From IMG/VR virus record IMGVR_UViG_3300029288_000152, positions 1 through 64,000 of that record: DNA of 64,000 nucleotides; one strand, 5' to 3'. Position numbers and translations under genes: made by a program. Under the pieces are notes generated by a model. The model was not told the origin of the DNA. It saw only the letters and a list, made by a program, of their open reading frames with translations, and made no database searches. Within the stretch, counting starts at the first letter, position 1, and every line of letters starts with the position of its first letter. Shown here piece by piece: positions 52,716 to 62,788 of this stretch. This stretch comes from a virus (Duplodnaviria; Caudoviricetes).

Positions 52716-53078
52716 TTAACTAACCGTGATGCCGTACTGCCCAACCATGTACCATTTCCCCTGATAGGCTCGAAGGGTCACATTGGCAGCCACGACAGCG
52801 AGGAACGTCAAGGTCGTGTAGCCTGCCCCAGACCCACCCAGTCCATTGGTAATGGTAATGGTGTTCGCCTGCGCCTCACCGTTCTTGACCCAGATCACCC
52901 GACCGTCATCGGTGTTGGATGTCGGATCGGCAAGGGTCGCCGCATCTGCGGCACCAGATCGCGCCAAGACATGCACATCGCCACGAGAGATGACAATGGC
53001 ATCTGTCGCCCCTGTGTAGGTCTGGACAGGTGGAAGCGGCAGTTTCCGAGGTCGAACGTAACTATTGGTTGTGCTCAT
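52716..53078 (-). CDS. Putative capsid decoration protein
   Basis: Small, beta-rich, downstream of the capsid gene. Confidence 0.55.
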   Translation of the reverse strand: MSTTNSYVRPRKLPLPPVQTYTGATDAIVISRGDVHVLARSGAADAATLADPTSNTDDGRVIWVKNGEAQANTITITNGLGGSGAGYTTLTFLAVVAANVTLRAYQGKWYMVGQYGITVS

Positions 53079-53090
53079 ACATCACCACCC

Positions 53091-53564
53091 TTACGTGGCG
53101 TGGATGACAAAGCCGCTGCAGCAGTCGATCAACAGGGAGTTCGTTGCACCAGTCGCGGCGGTGTTCTGCGAGATGGTGAGACCCGCACTCAGGCTATGAC
53201 CATTCGGGAACAGCCAGAGGTTTTCCTCCAGAGCCGTGCTGATCTTGTAGCCGAAGTCCTGCGTGCCATCCGTCGTGCCCGTGGTCGCATGGTTGGTCAT
53301 CTTGAAGTAGTTGGCTGTCGAGCCAGTCCCCTTCTTGATGTAGACAGCATAGAGCGTGGTCGCCGCTGCCGCCATGACCTGATTGTCCGAGTTCGTCCCG
53401 TCCGACGCGTTGGCGTACGGATCGATGTTAATGTAGGTCAGATCGGGATTGCCCTTGTTCGCCGCCAGATGCAGAAACAAGGCCTTGAGCGCATAGTAGA
53501 CCCCAGGATTCCGTGTGGCCATCCGGGTCTTCTGTCGGACGAGATTCGCGTTTTCATTCGCCAT
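53091..53564 (-). CDS. Putative virion protein
   Basis: Late operon. Confidence 0.55.
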   Translation of the reverse strand: MANENANLVRQKTRMATRNPGVYYALKALFLHLAANKGNPDLTYINIDPYANASDGTNSDNQVMAAAATTLYAVYIKKGTGSTANYFKMTNHATTGTTDGTQDFGYKISTALEENLWLFPNGHSLSAGLTISQNTAATGATNSLLIDCCSGFVIHAT

Positions 53565-53590
53565 GATACATGTCTCGATAGATAGGGATC

Positions 53591-54178
53591 CTAGTACGCC
53601 CCTACTATCAGTCCTGTCCTGCTTGTTGAGGAATCAGGAGGTTGTCGAAGTGTACGCCGGTCAACCATCGGCGGTGGCCCTGGTTTGGGCCGGATCCAAG
53701 CAGATTGCTTGGTCGAGTCGATGAATCGTCGCGCTCCCGTCTTGGACTGGTAGAGTTTCCACCCGTCCTTGGAGCGCTCCGTGAGTTGATCATCAATCGC
53801 GGCCTGCACCTGGGCATCCTGACGGATGTCCTGATCTTCAATGGCCTTGATGACTTTTTCAGCCCCTCCGAGCCGCCACGGAGCGCGATTCCCCAACTCA
53901 TGGAACATCCAATCGCTCCACTGCGCCGTGGCCAAGATGGTCGTAACGGGCACCAGACTGTACCCCGCCAGCATGCGCGTATCCGATTCCTTGAACAAGG
54001 CATCGTTGACGATATGCATCGGGAGATTCATCCTGCGCCGCTGGGCCAGCCGATAGTAGCAGCCCTGTCGAGATGGCACGACCACCAAGGAGTGGTCAAA
54101 ATCCCACAACATCCGCAGCCACCACGCCGGAGGTCCCGCGAGATGGAAGGGATTTTCGTCTGGGATATAATTGATCAT
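53591..54178 (-). CDS. Hypothetical late protein
   Basis: Late operon; tight packing. Confidence 0.55.
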   Translation of the reverse strand: MINYIPDENPFHLAGPPAWWLRMLWDFDHSLVVVPSRQGCYYRLAQRRRMNLPMHIVNDALFKESDTRMLAGYSLVPVTTILATAQWSDWMFHELGNRAPWRLGGAEKVIKAIEDQDIRQDAQVQAAIDDQLTERSKDGWKLYQSKTGARRFIDSTKQSAWIRPKPGPPPMVDRRTLRQPPDSSTSRTGLIVGAY

Positions 54179-54180
54179 GA

Positions 54181-54546
54181 TTACGCCTTGACAAACGATC
54201 CATCAAGCGGGAGGGATGCATGCTTTTCCTCCGCATACAACCCCGCCCGTCCGGGGACGACCTCTGTGGGGCGCTGATTTGGCAGGCTCCGCCGGTTCCA
54301 GCGTTCGATGCTGTCCGACTGCTCGATGGGCGAGCAATCGTCTCCCCACTCCTCCACGCCAATCAAGGAGACGACACTGAGTGTGCGTGGATCTTCACTC
54401 CCCATCAGCACATTCTGGCGCTTGGCGGCTTCTGCCACCGTCGCAATCAAGGCGATAGGCTTGCCCACGGGAATCGTGGTGCGCTTGCCATCCCAACACA
54501 CTTCGAGGTCTTTCTGCGTCCGATTCCGAACGGTGACTAGCTCCAT
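54181..54546 (-). CDS. Hypothetical late protein
   Basis: AAGGA SD; follows the capsid gene. Confidence 0.55.
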   Translation of the reverse strand: MELVTVRNRTQKDLEVCWDGKRTTIPVGKPIALIATVAEAAKRQNVLMGSEDPRTLSVVSLIGVEEWGDDCSPIEQSDSIERWNRRSLPNQRPTEVVPGRAGLYAEEKHASLPLDGSFVKA

Positions 54547-54615
54547 ACCATTCCTTTGATGAAGTGGAGGATCAGCCTAGGACTGACCCTCCACAAGACT
54601 ATCACGCTACTGGGT

Positions 54616-55920
54616 TTACGACCCCGCCGCTCTCTGGACCACGAGCGCCTGCCCGGTGATCCCGTCAAGTCTCGCACAGTAGGCCGGGTATTCGAGGAAG
54701 TACTGCTTCCTCACGCGATACCATGCCTCGAACGAGTCTCGGGCGGTCGTACTGGTTCCGATTCGCGTCAGGATCGAGCCATCCTCATCCGCCCACTTGC
54801 CCGGCTCGGAGACGTACTCCTTGAACCCGGCATTGGTCAGATCGAGGAACATCATGACATCCAGCGGGAAGTCACGAATGGCTCGAACAGGCACATCCCC
54901 GAATGGGACATCCCCCTGCTTGAACGCCGCCGTGCCCGCATCGGGCCGCAACAGCGATGCGCCCATATACCGACGGTCAGCGTCCGTCAGCTGAACGACC
55001 AGCCGACGGGTGCTGTGATGGGCGAGGATCATGTTGATCTTCCCACCCAGCTTCTGATCCACCACGTCCGAGACGCGCTGGATGAGGTCCGTCGAGAGGG
55101 CACCCGTGGAGGCGGTCACGTACGAACTATAAGCCGGGACAGCGGTTCTGTCCACGCCAAAGTAGTTCGTCCGATAGGTCCCGTCATCCACAAGGGCCAT
55201 CAGGCCCCACCACGCGTGTTCGTACGAGGTATCGAGAATATCCGTCACGCTGGAGTTCGCCGCCTGCACGATGTAGTCACTATTCGCCCACAGGGTCAGA
55301 GTGGACGAATCGAGGGTCATCGTGTTGCCTGCCGCTGCCACCGACATGATCTTGCGGATCGACGTGCGAAGGTTGCCCGTCGCCGGATCGACTGCCGCAA
55401 TATACATGCCAGGGGAGAGGAAGCGGTTGCCGAAGTTGTCGTTGGTGATCCCGCCCGGCGCATCCACGTCTACCGTGGTGCCCGAGGGAGACTCATCCAC
55501 AAGACAGAGGACGCCACGCCCATCGGAGCTGAGTGCGTACTCATCCCGGCGAGCGATGTCATCAATGAGGTACTGCATCTCGCTCTTGCGAGCTGAGACG
55601 AACGCACCCTCACTGGAAGTCGAATCGACCATGACTTCCCAGGTCAGCCGAAGACGCGCCATCAGCTTGCGCTGATCGACGAAGAGCTTGGAATAGGTCT
55701 GATTGCCTGCATCGGCAAAGGCGCTATCCTCACCCACGAACATGGGAGATACGTTCCTCCCGGTATGTGAGACCTTCTGGATCTCGCGGCCCTTGAAGGG
55801 GGATGATTCCGTCTTGATCACATCCCGCAAGGGGTTCTTGTTATTGACTCCATCCGCGATGCCGTCTTCCATCACATCTTTGAAGATGGCATCTAGAGCC
55901 TGTTTGTCTGCACCAGCCAT
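54616..55920 (-). CDS. Major capsid protein
   Basis: 434 aa directly after the scaffold; GLMALVDDGT...FGVDR motif; CARLDGIT near the C-terminus. Confidence 0.8.
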   Translation of the reverse strand: MAGADKQALDAIFKDVMEDGIADGVNNKNPLRDVIKTESSPFKGREIQKVSHTGRNVSPMFVGEDSAFADAGNQTYSKLFVDQRKLMARLRLTWEVMVDSTSSEGAFVSARKSEMQYLIDDIARRDEYALSSDGRGVLCLVDESPSGTTVDVDAPGGITNDNFGNRFLSPGMYIAAVDPATGNLRTSIRKIMSVAAAGNTMTLDSSTLTLWANSDYIVQAANSSVTDILDTSYEHAWWGLMALVDDGTYRTNYFGVDRTAVPAYSSYVTASTGALSTDLIQRVSDVVDQKLGGKINMILAHHSTRRLVVQLTDADRRYMGASLLRPDAGTAAFKQGDVPFGDVPVRAIRDFPLDVMMFLDLTNAGFKEYVSEPGKWADEDGSILTRIGTSTTARDSFEAWYRVRKQYFLEYPAYCARLDGITGQALVVQRAAGS

Positions 55921-55953
55921 ACTGCGTTACCTACGAAACCGCCAAGCCATCCC

Positions 55954-56784
55954 TTACCGCTTGGCAGTGGATTGATACTGTGCCCAGCCTAGTTCGGCTC
56001 GGTCATCAAGGTTTGCCGGTTTGGGCGGAGCCGACATGCTCGGCAACCCACTGGATGTATCCCGTGGGAGGGCCTGCTGTGTTCGCGCATCCACCGTCGC
56101 TGACGCGGCTCGACGAGCCGGGTCGATAAAGCCGGACGTGAGACGCTGCCAGAATTCATCCACAATGGTCGGATCATTGGCATACCGTGCCGTCCGCTCT
56201 GGCGAAGCCGAGACGTAACCCACAAAGGCCTGATGAAGCGTCTCCTTGCCTTCTTGGGTGAGGGGAGCCCCAAGAGACGTAGACGCATGTTCAAACAAGC
56301 GCGTCATGGCATTCCGTCCATACTCCTGCCAGTGATGGGTGGTGACGGATTCCAAATCTCCGGCCCGGTCGATGATGCCCAAGAGGTCGTTGGCCCGTTC
56401 CTCCAGTCGAGACAGCCCTGGATAGAGCTGACTAAACTGGCCACGAACGGCATCGATCTCCGGGTTCTCCGGGGGCGTCACGCCAACGAGGCGCTGGATC
56501 TGTCCCTGTACCTGAGCGAGTCGAGCCTGATACTCCGCTTCCTTGGCCGCCCACTGCTGAGCCGCCTCACGAGCCGCTTGCTCGCGGGTTTCCCGGAGTC
56601 GGTACGGGGGAACCCAGGTAGACCGATCATCGCTGACCCCACTTGTCGGCTGGGTTGCCGGTTGTGCAGTTGCTATCGCAGGCTGCGCTGCGGGTGCCGA
56701 TGGTGTCGCAATCGGCGGTGCGCTGGATTGTGCGGCAGCTGTCGGGGCCGCTCCCGTGTCTTGCCCGATGCCGATGTCTTCCAT
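55954..56784 (-). CDS. Scaffolding protein
   Basis: Ala/Pro-rich N-terminus and coiled coil, between portal and capsid. Confidence 0.65.
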   Translation of the reverse strand: MEDIGIGQDTGAAPTAAAQSSAPPIATPSAPAAQPAIATAQPATQPTSGVSDDRSTWVPPYRLRETREQAAREAAQQWAAKEAEYQARLAQVQGQIQRLVGVTPPENPEIDAVRGQFSQLYPGLSRLEERANDLLGIIDRAGDLESVTTHHWQEYGRNAMTRLFEHASTSLGAPLTQEGKETLHQAFVGYVSASPERTARYANDPTIVDEFWQRLTSGFIDPARRAASATVDARTQQALPRDTSSGLPSMSAPPKPANLDDRAELGWAQYQSTAKR

Positions 56785-56858
56785 ACTGTCCCTATCCTTT
56801 TTGTTGTCGGAGGTCTAGTTCCTCCGTGAGGGGATAACCTAAACGGAAGGTTATCAAG

Positions 56859-57299
56859 TTAATGGATGCCCTGAGTATCCATTCGTTTCAGGGATTTCAA
56901 TTCCATAGCAACTTCTCGGCGACGCACCACAAAGTCCGCAGGAATCTTCATCCCTTGCCCGTATGGGATCGCTTGCTCGGCATCCAAATGTGAGAGCAAG
57001 AGATCAGCTTGATCCGCCTTTATAATCAGATAAGGACGAATCATCATGAGAAAAATTTTGGCATGCTTTTTGGACCTAAGAGTCCACTCCCAAGCCATAC
57101 GCCGTGTGCCATCATGCTTCGTACGAACTCGGCCAAATGGTATATGAGCTTGGATCCAAGTAAGTGCCCTAAAATCAGTGTTCAACATGCCTACACAGAC
57201 TGAGTAAGCTCCACAAGTACGACTCAAGTAATAGCCTATCCATCCCTCTCCGTCGAACAGTCCAGCCAAGTAAGCCTTCTCGACTTCTGTGAGATTCAT
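56859..57299 (-). CDS. Free-standing single-motif LAGLIDADG homing endonuclease
   Basis: EKAYLAGLFDGEGWI...YLIIKADQA. Confidence 0.85.
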   Translation of the reverse strand: MNLTEVEKAYLAGLFDGEGWIGYYLSRTCGAYSVCVGMLNTDFRALTWIQAHIPFGRVRTKHDGTRRMAWEWTLRSKKHAKIFLMMIRPYLIIKADQADLLLSHLDAEQAIPYGQGMKIPADFVVRRREVAMELKSLKRMDTQGIH

Positions 57300-57592
57300 A
57301 ACCCACGCCACCTAATCTTCTTCCTACGCGAGAAGACTATTGACAAATATGTGGAGCACCCAATCAGGGCTCCACACAGCGAAGGACTCGATGTGATGGC
57401 ATGGTCCAAGGCTTCACAGATCGCGGCGCTGACCACACCCACAAACGCCAAGAGGATGATGATTTGCTGCATTACGTGGTCTTGCGCCACATGCCAATCA
57501 GGGCAAGGATGGCCTTGAGCTTATCCAGCCACGATTGGGCCTTCCCGACGTTCGCATTGATCTTCCCCAGAGGATCGTTTGGCATGATCACC

Positions 57593-59872
57593 TCACAGAG
57601 GCCCGACGTTTGGGCCAACTTGTTGATTGCCCTGCGGCAACGACTGGGTAGCCGCTGAATTCTGGTTGCTCATCCCCATCGCTCCCGCGTTTCCGGTCGG
57701 TCCCAGTGGCTGTGCAGGCTTGGGTCCCCCCGGTGCAGGCGCTTGGGGCTGGGCAGGAGGGTTCAAAATGAGCTGCAACTGCTGCAAATGGGCCGTGATA
57801 ATGGGCTCCAAACCAGGGTTTTTGGCCAACATTTCCCGCAGTTTGTCGGTATTGAGCCACTTGATCCGCTCGGTCCAATGCACTTTGGGGTCAAACCAGG
57901 GCTTGATGACCAGCGGAGAGGGTCCCTGAGGGTTCTCTGCCCAGCGTTCAAAGGCATCTTGGATCTCATTGGCGGCTTGGACATGGAAATTGAGCGATGG
58001 CACGAGATCCGCGAGGCCAAACTGGGTCAAGAGGGCGTATTTCTGGTCCGGATCGGCAGGATCCAGCAGTTTGAGGTTATTGGCCTGCTCAATCGCTGCC
58101 CGTTTGCCCAGTGCGGTCTTCGGGACGTTGCTGCCATCCTCTACCATGATGGCGACTTGGCCCTGAAGCTGCGCATTCTCGAAATGACGGAAGGTATAAC
58201 CACGATTTGGTCCCACCACCGCCCAGGTGCGCTGTTCTGGCCCGTATTTCCGCTCCAATTCGAGCGCAATCTTGAACCAGTCCCGATACATCTGGCCTCT
58301 GGCCTGAAACGCCGAGGTAAAGCGAGACTGTGAGCGCTCCACGAGGAGCTGGAGGGCTGAAAAGGCGTCCACGCCCGTGGGTTTCTGGCCTTTGATGATG
58401 TCAAACGCACCAGACAGCTCTTCCATGTCCTTGAGAATCTGCTGACGGAACTGGAAGAGCGATCCATCGATGGGTACACCTTGAACACGCTCGGGTTTGC
58501 CTTGTCCGCCCGCCGCGAGAGGGTTCCACTTGAGAATCAGGCCCGGTTCACCCGTCACCATGCTCTGATCAATGCCCGCACCCTCAGGAATGATCCATCC
58601 CGCGTTGGAATTGCGCTGCACATGGAGCTGGATGAGCGAATCCAACTGATTCAGCTGGTCCTGCTTCTGGATGAGCGGGGATAATGCCGATCTCCCATAC
58701 AATCGGCCCCCCATATGCTCGTATTGGGCATGGACGAAGGGGAACAGGACGTTGTTTTCGATGTCCTTGTAGGGCAACGGGCCGGGAATCCCCTCTTCTG
58801 GTACCTCCAAGAGGATGGGTGACTGGTCCCCCGCGACACGCATGACGAATCCTTCGGGGAATTCAGGCGTCGGCTTCACCCACAGCTCGTATTCCGTGAC
58901 GCCTTCGACCGTATGCGCACCCGCCGCCCCGAGATAGGCGAAGTTGGAGCCCGTCCCGACATCATTGGTCAGGGCGAGGGACTTGAAAATCTGCACGGAG
59001 CGGTCGGATGGGGATTTTTCCCACATGATCCGCCCCACATATTGGGGCAGATTGGCTTCAAAGTAGTGCTTATCCCGCCATCGCATGCGGATGATGTAGG
59101 GCAGTTCATCAAATCGCGTGATATTGGGGGGAAAGGCATACTCAAAGGGGGATAGGGCCGTCGTTTTGCCCCGGCCAAAGGCTTTGAATGTGCCTGCAGG
59201 GGTCCCATCGGGGTTCTTGGCAGGCTGAAACTGGGATGCGCCACACGCCGGACACCGCTGACCCGCCTGGGCAATGAGCGGCGCGGGAATAACTTGCCCG
59301 CAGGCCATGCACTGCTCGCTGGGAATGAACACTTTGTTGAAGCGGACATCCTTATCCCAGCTAACTTGGAGACAGGCGTTGCCATTGGCGATGAACCAGA
59401 AGTCCGCCTCCCGCATGACCTGATTCATCGTGTGCTCCTCATGAATCATGGGAGCCATTTGGTCGGAGACTTCCGCCGCCGCAATGCTCTGCGTGTCATG
59501 GCCAATGGGACGGGCCACGACGGAGAGGTTAATCGCCGCCAGATTCGTCCGAATGGCCTGAAGCGTCTCGGCCATCTTGTTCGTGACAGGGCGGGGAATC
59601 CACTTGCTCAGCCGCTTGTCCACCCACTCCCGACGCGTCGGATGGAAGAAGATCCACTGACGGTTGGCGACATAGAACAGGTCGCGCAACCACTCCCGCT
59701 CCCAGACCCAGCGATATTCCGTGCTCTCCTTCTTGAGTTTGTCGAACATGTCAAGCAGGGCAGCGGGGTTGTATTGGGGCACGAGGATCTCGGGAGCCTG
59801 CCCACCCTGCGGGGCAGCCGCTTCCAAACCGGGAAGCGCCGCTGATGCTGGATTGAAGGGAAGTTCAGCCAC
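57593..59872 (-). CDS. Portal protein
   Basis: 759 aa between terminase and scaffold; YGRSALSPLIQKQDQLN; Pro/Gln-rich tail. Confidence 0.8.
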   Translation of the reverse strand: MAELPFNPASAALPGLEAAAPQGGQAPEILVPQYNPAALLDMFDKLKKESTEYRWVWEREWLRDLFYVANRQWIFFHPTRREWVDKRLSKWIPRPVTNKMAETLQAIRTNLAAINLSVVARPIGHDTQSIAAAEVSDQMAPMIHEEHTMNQVMREADFWFIANGNACLQVSWDKDVRFNKVFIPSEQCMACGQVIPAPLIAQAGQRCPACGASQFQPAKNPDGTPAGTFKAFGRGKTTALSPFEYAFPPNITRFDELPYIIRMRWRDKHYFEANLPQYVGRIMWEKSPSDRSVQIFKSLALTNDVGTGSNFAYLGAAGAHTVEGVTEYELWVKPTPEFPEGFVMRVAGDQSPILLEVPEEGIPGPLPYKDIENNVLFPFVHAQYEHMGGRLYGRSALSPLIQKQDQLNQLDSLIQLHVQRNSNAGWIIPEGAGIDQSMVTGEPGLILKWNPLAAGGQGKPERVQGVPIDGSLFQFRQQILKDMEELSGAFDIIKGQKPTGVDAFSALQLLVERSQSRFTSAFQARGQMYRDWFKIALELERKYGPEQRTWAVVGPNRGYTFRHFENAQLQGQVAIMVEDGSNVPKTALGKRAAIEQANNLKLLDPADPDQKYALLTQFGLADLVPSLNFHVQAANEIQDAFERWAENPQGPSPLVIKPWFDPKVHWTERIKWLNTDKLREMLAKNPGLEPIITAHLQQLQLILNPPAQPQAPAPGGPKPAQPLGPTGNAGAMGMSNQNSAATQSLPQGNQQVGPNVGPL

Positions 59873-59874
59873 GG

Positions 59875-60252
59875 TTACTTCTTGTCATCATAGACCGGCA
59901 AGCCCAGTTCTCGGGCTCGCTGGTCGCCCACGTCATCGAAGGAGAAGGCTCGTGCGTCAAAGGGGAGCGTCGTGGTGATGGCTCGGGCTAGCTCAGGGAC
60001 AGGCAGCTGGATGTTGTAGGCTTTCTCCATCAACTTCGCCCGTTCCATCTCCAACGCATTCACCCGCATCCGCAACCATTCGGCATTGTTCTGCGCTGTC
60101 AGGATCTGGGCTTTGAGGGCATCCCGCTCTGCGATCACCGCCGCCAACTGTTCTCGATATTGCTGAATCGCTTCAATCGAGACCATGGCATTGGTCTCAG
60201 CCACGTTCCGCATGCTCGTGAACCAGCCTACGACTTCTTTTGAGATCCACAT
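59875..60252 (-). CDS. Hypothetical coiled-coil protein
   Basis: Between TerL and portal. Confidence 0.55.
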   Translation of the reverse strand: MWISKEVVGWFTSMRNVAETNAMVSIEAIQQYREQLAAVIAERDALKAQILTAQNNAEWLRMRVNALEMERAKLMEKAYNIQLPVPELARAITTTLPFDARAFSFDDVGDQRARELGLPVYDDKK

Positions 60253-60279
60253 GACGCTATCCTCCCTCCCCGATGCGGT

Positions 60280-60633
60280 TTACGACCAATATAATCTAAG
60301 ACCCGTGACAGTCCCTCCGGCAGTGATGCAGAAGGTCGTAACAGCAGAAGCAAGAGCAATGGAGGTAGGATCAGTAAGATGCAGCCCAACACCTGTATCA
60401 CCGGTCACCCCCTTGAGTGTCAAGGTTTGGGTATTGGCGGCGGGAGGCACAATGGTACACGCCGTTGGCGTCGTCCCCCCAGTTGGCACTGTGATCGTAT
60501 TGGCACCGCTCGATAGCGTCTTGACTTCAACCGAACCGGCACTAGCTGCATTCGCGGCAGCCGCGAGCGCCGTGGTCCCAACCACATCCCCCGTAAAGGC
60601 AATCGTCACCGTCCGCGCAGCTGATACACTCAT
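60280..60633 (-). CDS. Thr/Ala-rich hypothetical protein
   Basis: ATGA overlap with the TerL stop. Confidence 0.55.
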   Translation of the reverse strand: MSVSAARTVTIAFTGDVVGTTALAAAANAASAGSVEVKTLSSGANTITVPTGGTTPTACTIVPPAANTQTLTLKGVTGDTGVGLHLTDPTSIALASAVTTFCITAGGTVTGLRLYWS

Positions 60634-62087
60634 CCCCAGAAGTCTCCTGTGACTGTGGCTGGTTTATCGGTATGGTTGTCGTCAATCCGCCGCATGCGCT
60701 CAATCGCCATGCGCATCTCATCGGGCAGCTTCGAGATGTCCCGCTTCTGCTCCGTAGCCACCAGCGTCTTGGGCAACTCCGGCCATGTCATGACAGCATA
60801 GCGGAGGCAATCTGGGAGTTCATCGTCCTTCTTGTAGACGCGTTCCTTGATCTTGGTCTGCCCATCTCTGGTCACATTATCGGCCCAGCGGTAGGCTTTC
60901 ATCTGCTTGATCGTCTTGGGACAGAGGGACTCGACGAACCAGAGTTGTCGATTGTGCAGCCACGACTTCACCCGCTCGATGCCAGAAACCTGATCGTTCT
61001 CGGCCTTCTGGCAGTAAATGCCATGCTGAGCGAGTTCGAGCGAGGCCTGCTTCTCATTCTTGTTGATTGCCCACTTGGGGCTCAGCGATCCCGACAGATA
61101 TTTGAGGGCATTGGCATGTTCGATGAAGGAACGATTACGCTCCAGATATTCCCCCACAACCACCAACCCACGCTCACTGGAGATGAGCTTCACGGCTCCG
61201 AAGGGATGATCCGCGCCGGTATCAATCCCTAGCAAGCGCTGCCGCCAATCCGCGACCTCTGGCCATTCCGGGATGATCGTCCTGACCTGATCAGGCGTCC
61301 GCAGGATCTGGGTATCGATTAGCCCCCCATAGACCGCCCCAGTGAAGATCACGAAGTCGGCTTCATACTCCTGTCGGAACATCGCGTCATCACCCATCCG
61401 CACGCGTTCTTGGGCGAGATAGGCGTCTGTGATGATGGGATTGTCGCGGGTCTTGGCATGACAGGCCCAGAAGCCCGGCACCTGATCCTCCGCAGGCTTG
61501 TAGAATTTCTCATAGACCCAATCATAGGAACGGGGAGAGGTTGTGAAGAAGGCCACGCCCTGCTTGTCCGTCAAGGACGGGCTGATGACCTTCCAGTGCA
61601 TGTCGGTCAACTCACAGACCTCATCGATCCACAGCCAATCCAGTCCCTGCCCCCGGCCTTGATCGGGATCCTCCAGCGTCTGGAAGTGGATGAGCGAGCC
61701 ATTTCGGAGACGGAGATCCTTGTATTCCTCCGACCAATCCAGCACCCACTCCTGGGGAATGAGTTGCTGGAAGGCTGGGATGACATAGCGATGCAGCTTT
61801 GGGTTGGTTGGGGCCGCTGCCCATCCTATCGTGTTAGGAATCGTGGCCTCTTCCACACCAGCAATAGATCCAATACGGCTTTTCCCCCATCGTCGGCCTG
61901 CAATAATACACAGGCGATCAAACTTTCGCATGCCACGCCCATTACAGGTTGGACAAGCTAGGGCTGGCGGGGTACTAAACTCAGTCTTACAAGTTGGGCA
62001 CTGCCTTGCACGTCGCGCAGCTAAGAAAGCTAGCTGATCAGGTTGACTATAGAGCGGATCTGCCGCCAACGGTATCCACTTAGCCAC
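60630..62087 (-). CDS. terL: Terminase large subunit
   Basis: IIAGRRWGKS, GRGQGLDWLWIDE, FTTSP, GIDTG, DDELPDCLRY. Confidence 0.9.
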   Translation of the reverse strand: MAKWIPLAADPLYSQPDQLAFLAARRARQCPTCKTEFSTPPALACPTCNGRGMRKFDRLCIIAGRRWGKSRIGSIAGVEEATIPNTIGWAAAPTNPKLHRYVIPAFQQLIPQEWVLDWSEEYKDLRLRNGSLIHFQTLEDPDQGRGQGLDWLWIDEVCELTDMHWKVISPSLTDKQGVAFFTTSPRSYDWVYEKFYKPAEDQVPGFWACHAKTRDNPIITDAYLAQERVRMGDDAMFRQEYEADFVIFTGAVYGGLIDTQILRTPDQVRTIIPEWPEVADWRQRLLGIDTGADHPFGAVKLISSERGLVVVGEYLERNRSFIEHANALKYLSGSLSPKWAINKNEKQASLELAQHGIYCQKAENDQVSGIERVKSWLHNRQLWFVESLCPKTIKQMKAYRWADNVTRDGQTKIKERVYKKDDELPDCLRYAVMTWPELPKTLVATEQKRDISKLPDEMRMAIERMRRIDDNHTDKPATVTGDFWG

Positions 62088-62088
62088 G

Positions 62089-62430
62089 TTACTTGGATCC
62101 TTCCAAGTATTGGATCATGGCATGTGCTCGTTCACAAGAATCATCCAGCAGTCCCAACGCCGTATTACATCTTACACAAAGGAGACCCCTAACCTGGTTC
62201 GTCTTGTGATCGTGGTCAACTGCTAACGGTTGCAGATGCCCTCGGGTCACAGTAGTCTCAGGCCTTAAGCAGATGGCACACACTCCACGCTGCTTCGCCA
62301 GCATCCCAAGATATTCTTCCTGTGAGATTCCGTGAGTCTGCTGGATCTTGCGAGCCCGAATCTGGTCTCTATGGCGTTCAACATAATCCCGATGGTACTT
62401 AAGATGGACCTCCCGGTTCTTATGAGGCAT
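62089..62430 (-). CDS. Endonuclease VII-like HNH nuclease
   Basis: CAIC...LAVDHDHKTNQVRGLLCVRCNTALG. Confidence 0.85.
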   Translation of the reverse strand: MPHKNREVHLKYHRDYVERHRDQIRARKIQQTHGISQEEYLGMLAKQRGVCAICLRPETTVTRGHLQPLAVDHDHKTNQVRGLLCVRCNTALGLLDDSCERAHAMIQYLEGSK

Positions 62431-62440
62431 AACCTGCCAT

Positions 62441-62629
62441 TTAGAATCGGCCAGCCTTCAGCCCCTTCAGGGCCGCTTCGTTCGCCTCCCGGAAGGCTTT
62501 GGCCTGTTCCTCAGGCGTGGGAGGGGGCAGGCGGGGATCCCGCTTGCCAGATTCCGCTGGGAGTTCAATGTCAGGACCCTTCCCATGTTTGCGAGGCCCA
62601 AACCAGCGTTCCCACAAGGTCAGCGGCAT
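62441..62629 (-). CDS. Hypothetical protein
   Basis: GAAGG SD. Confidence 0.45.
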   Translation of the reverse strand: MPLTLWERWFGPRKHGKGPDIELPAESGKRDPRLPPPTPEEQAKAFREANEAALKGLKAGRF

Positions 62630-62788
62630 GATTAGCTTCTCGCCTTCTTCAACCCTTCTAACGCGGCCCCATGCTTGGACTTCTTCCGCTTATTCTCTGT
62701 GGCGTAGAAAACCCGCTTCCCTTCTTCTTGCCATACCGTTCAACCATATCTTCCATGACTTGCCGACCATGGCCACCGTAATACTTGT

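Noticed and set aside
57339-57370. TTGACA as a + strand promoter inside the late region
   Set aside because: There is no -10-like hexamer at 16-18 nt, and the site lies within a - strand ORF.
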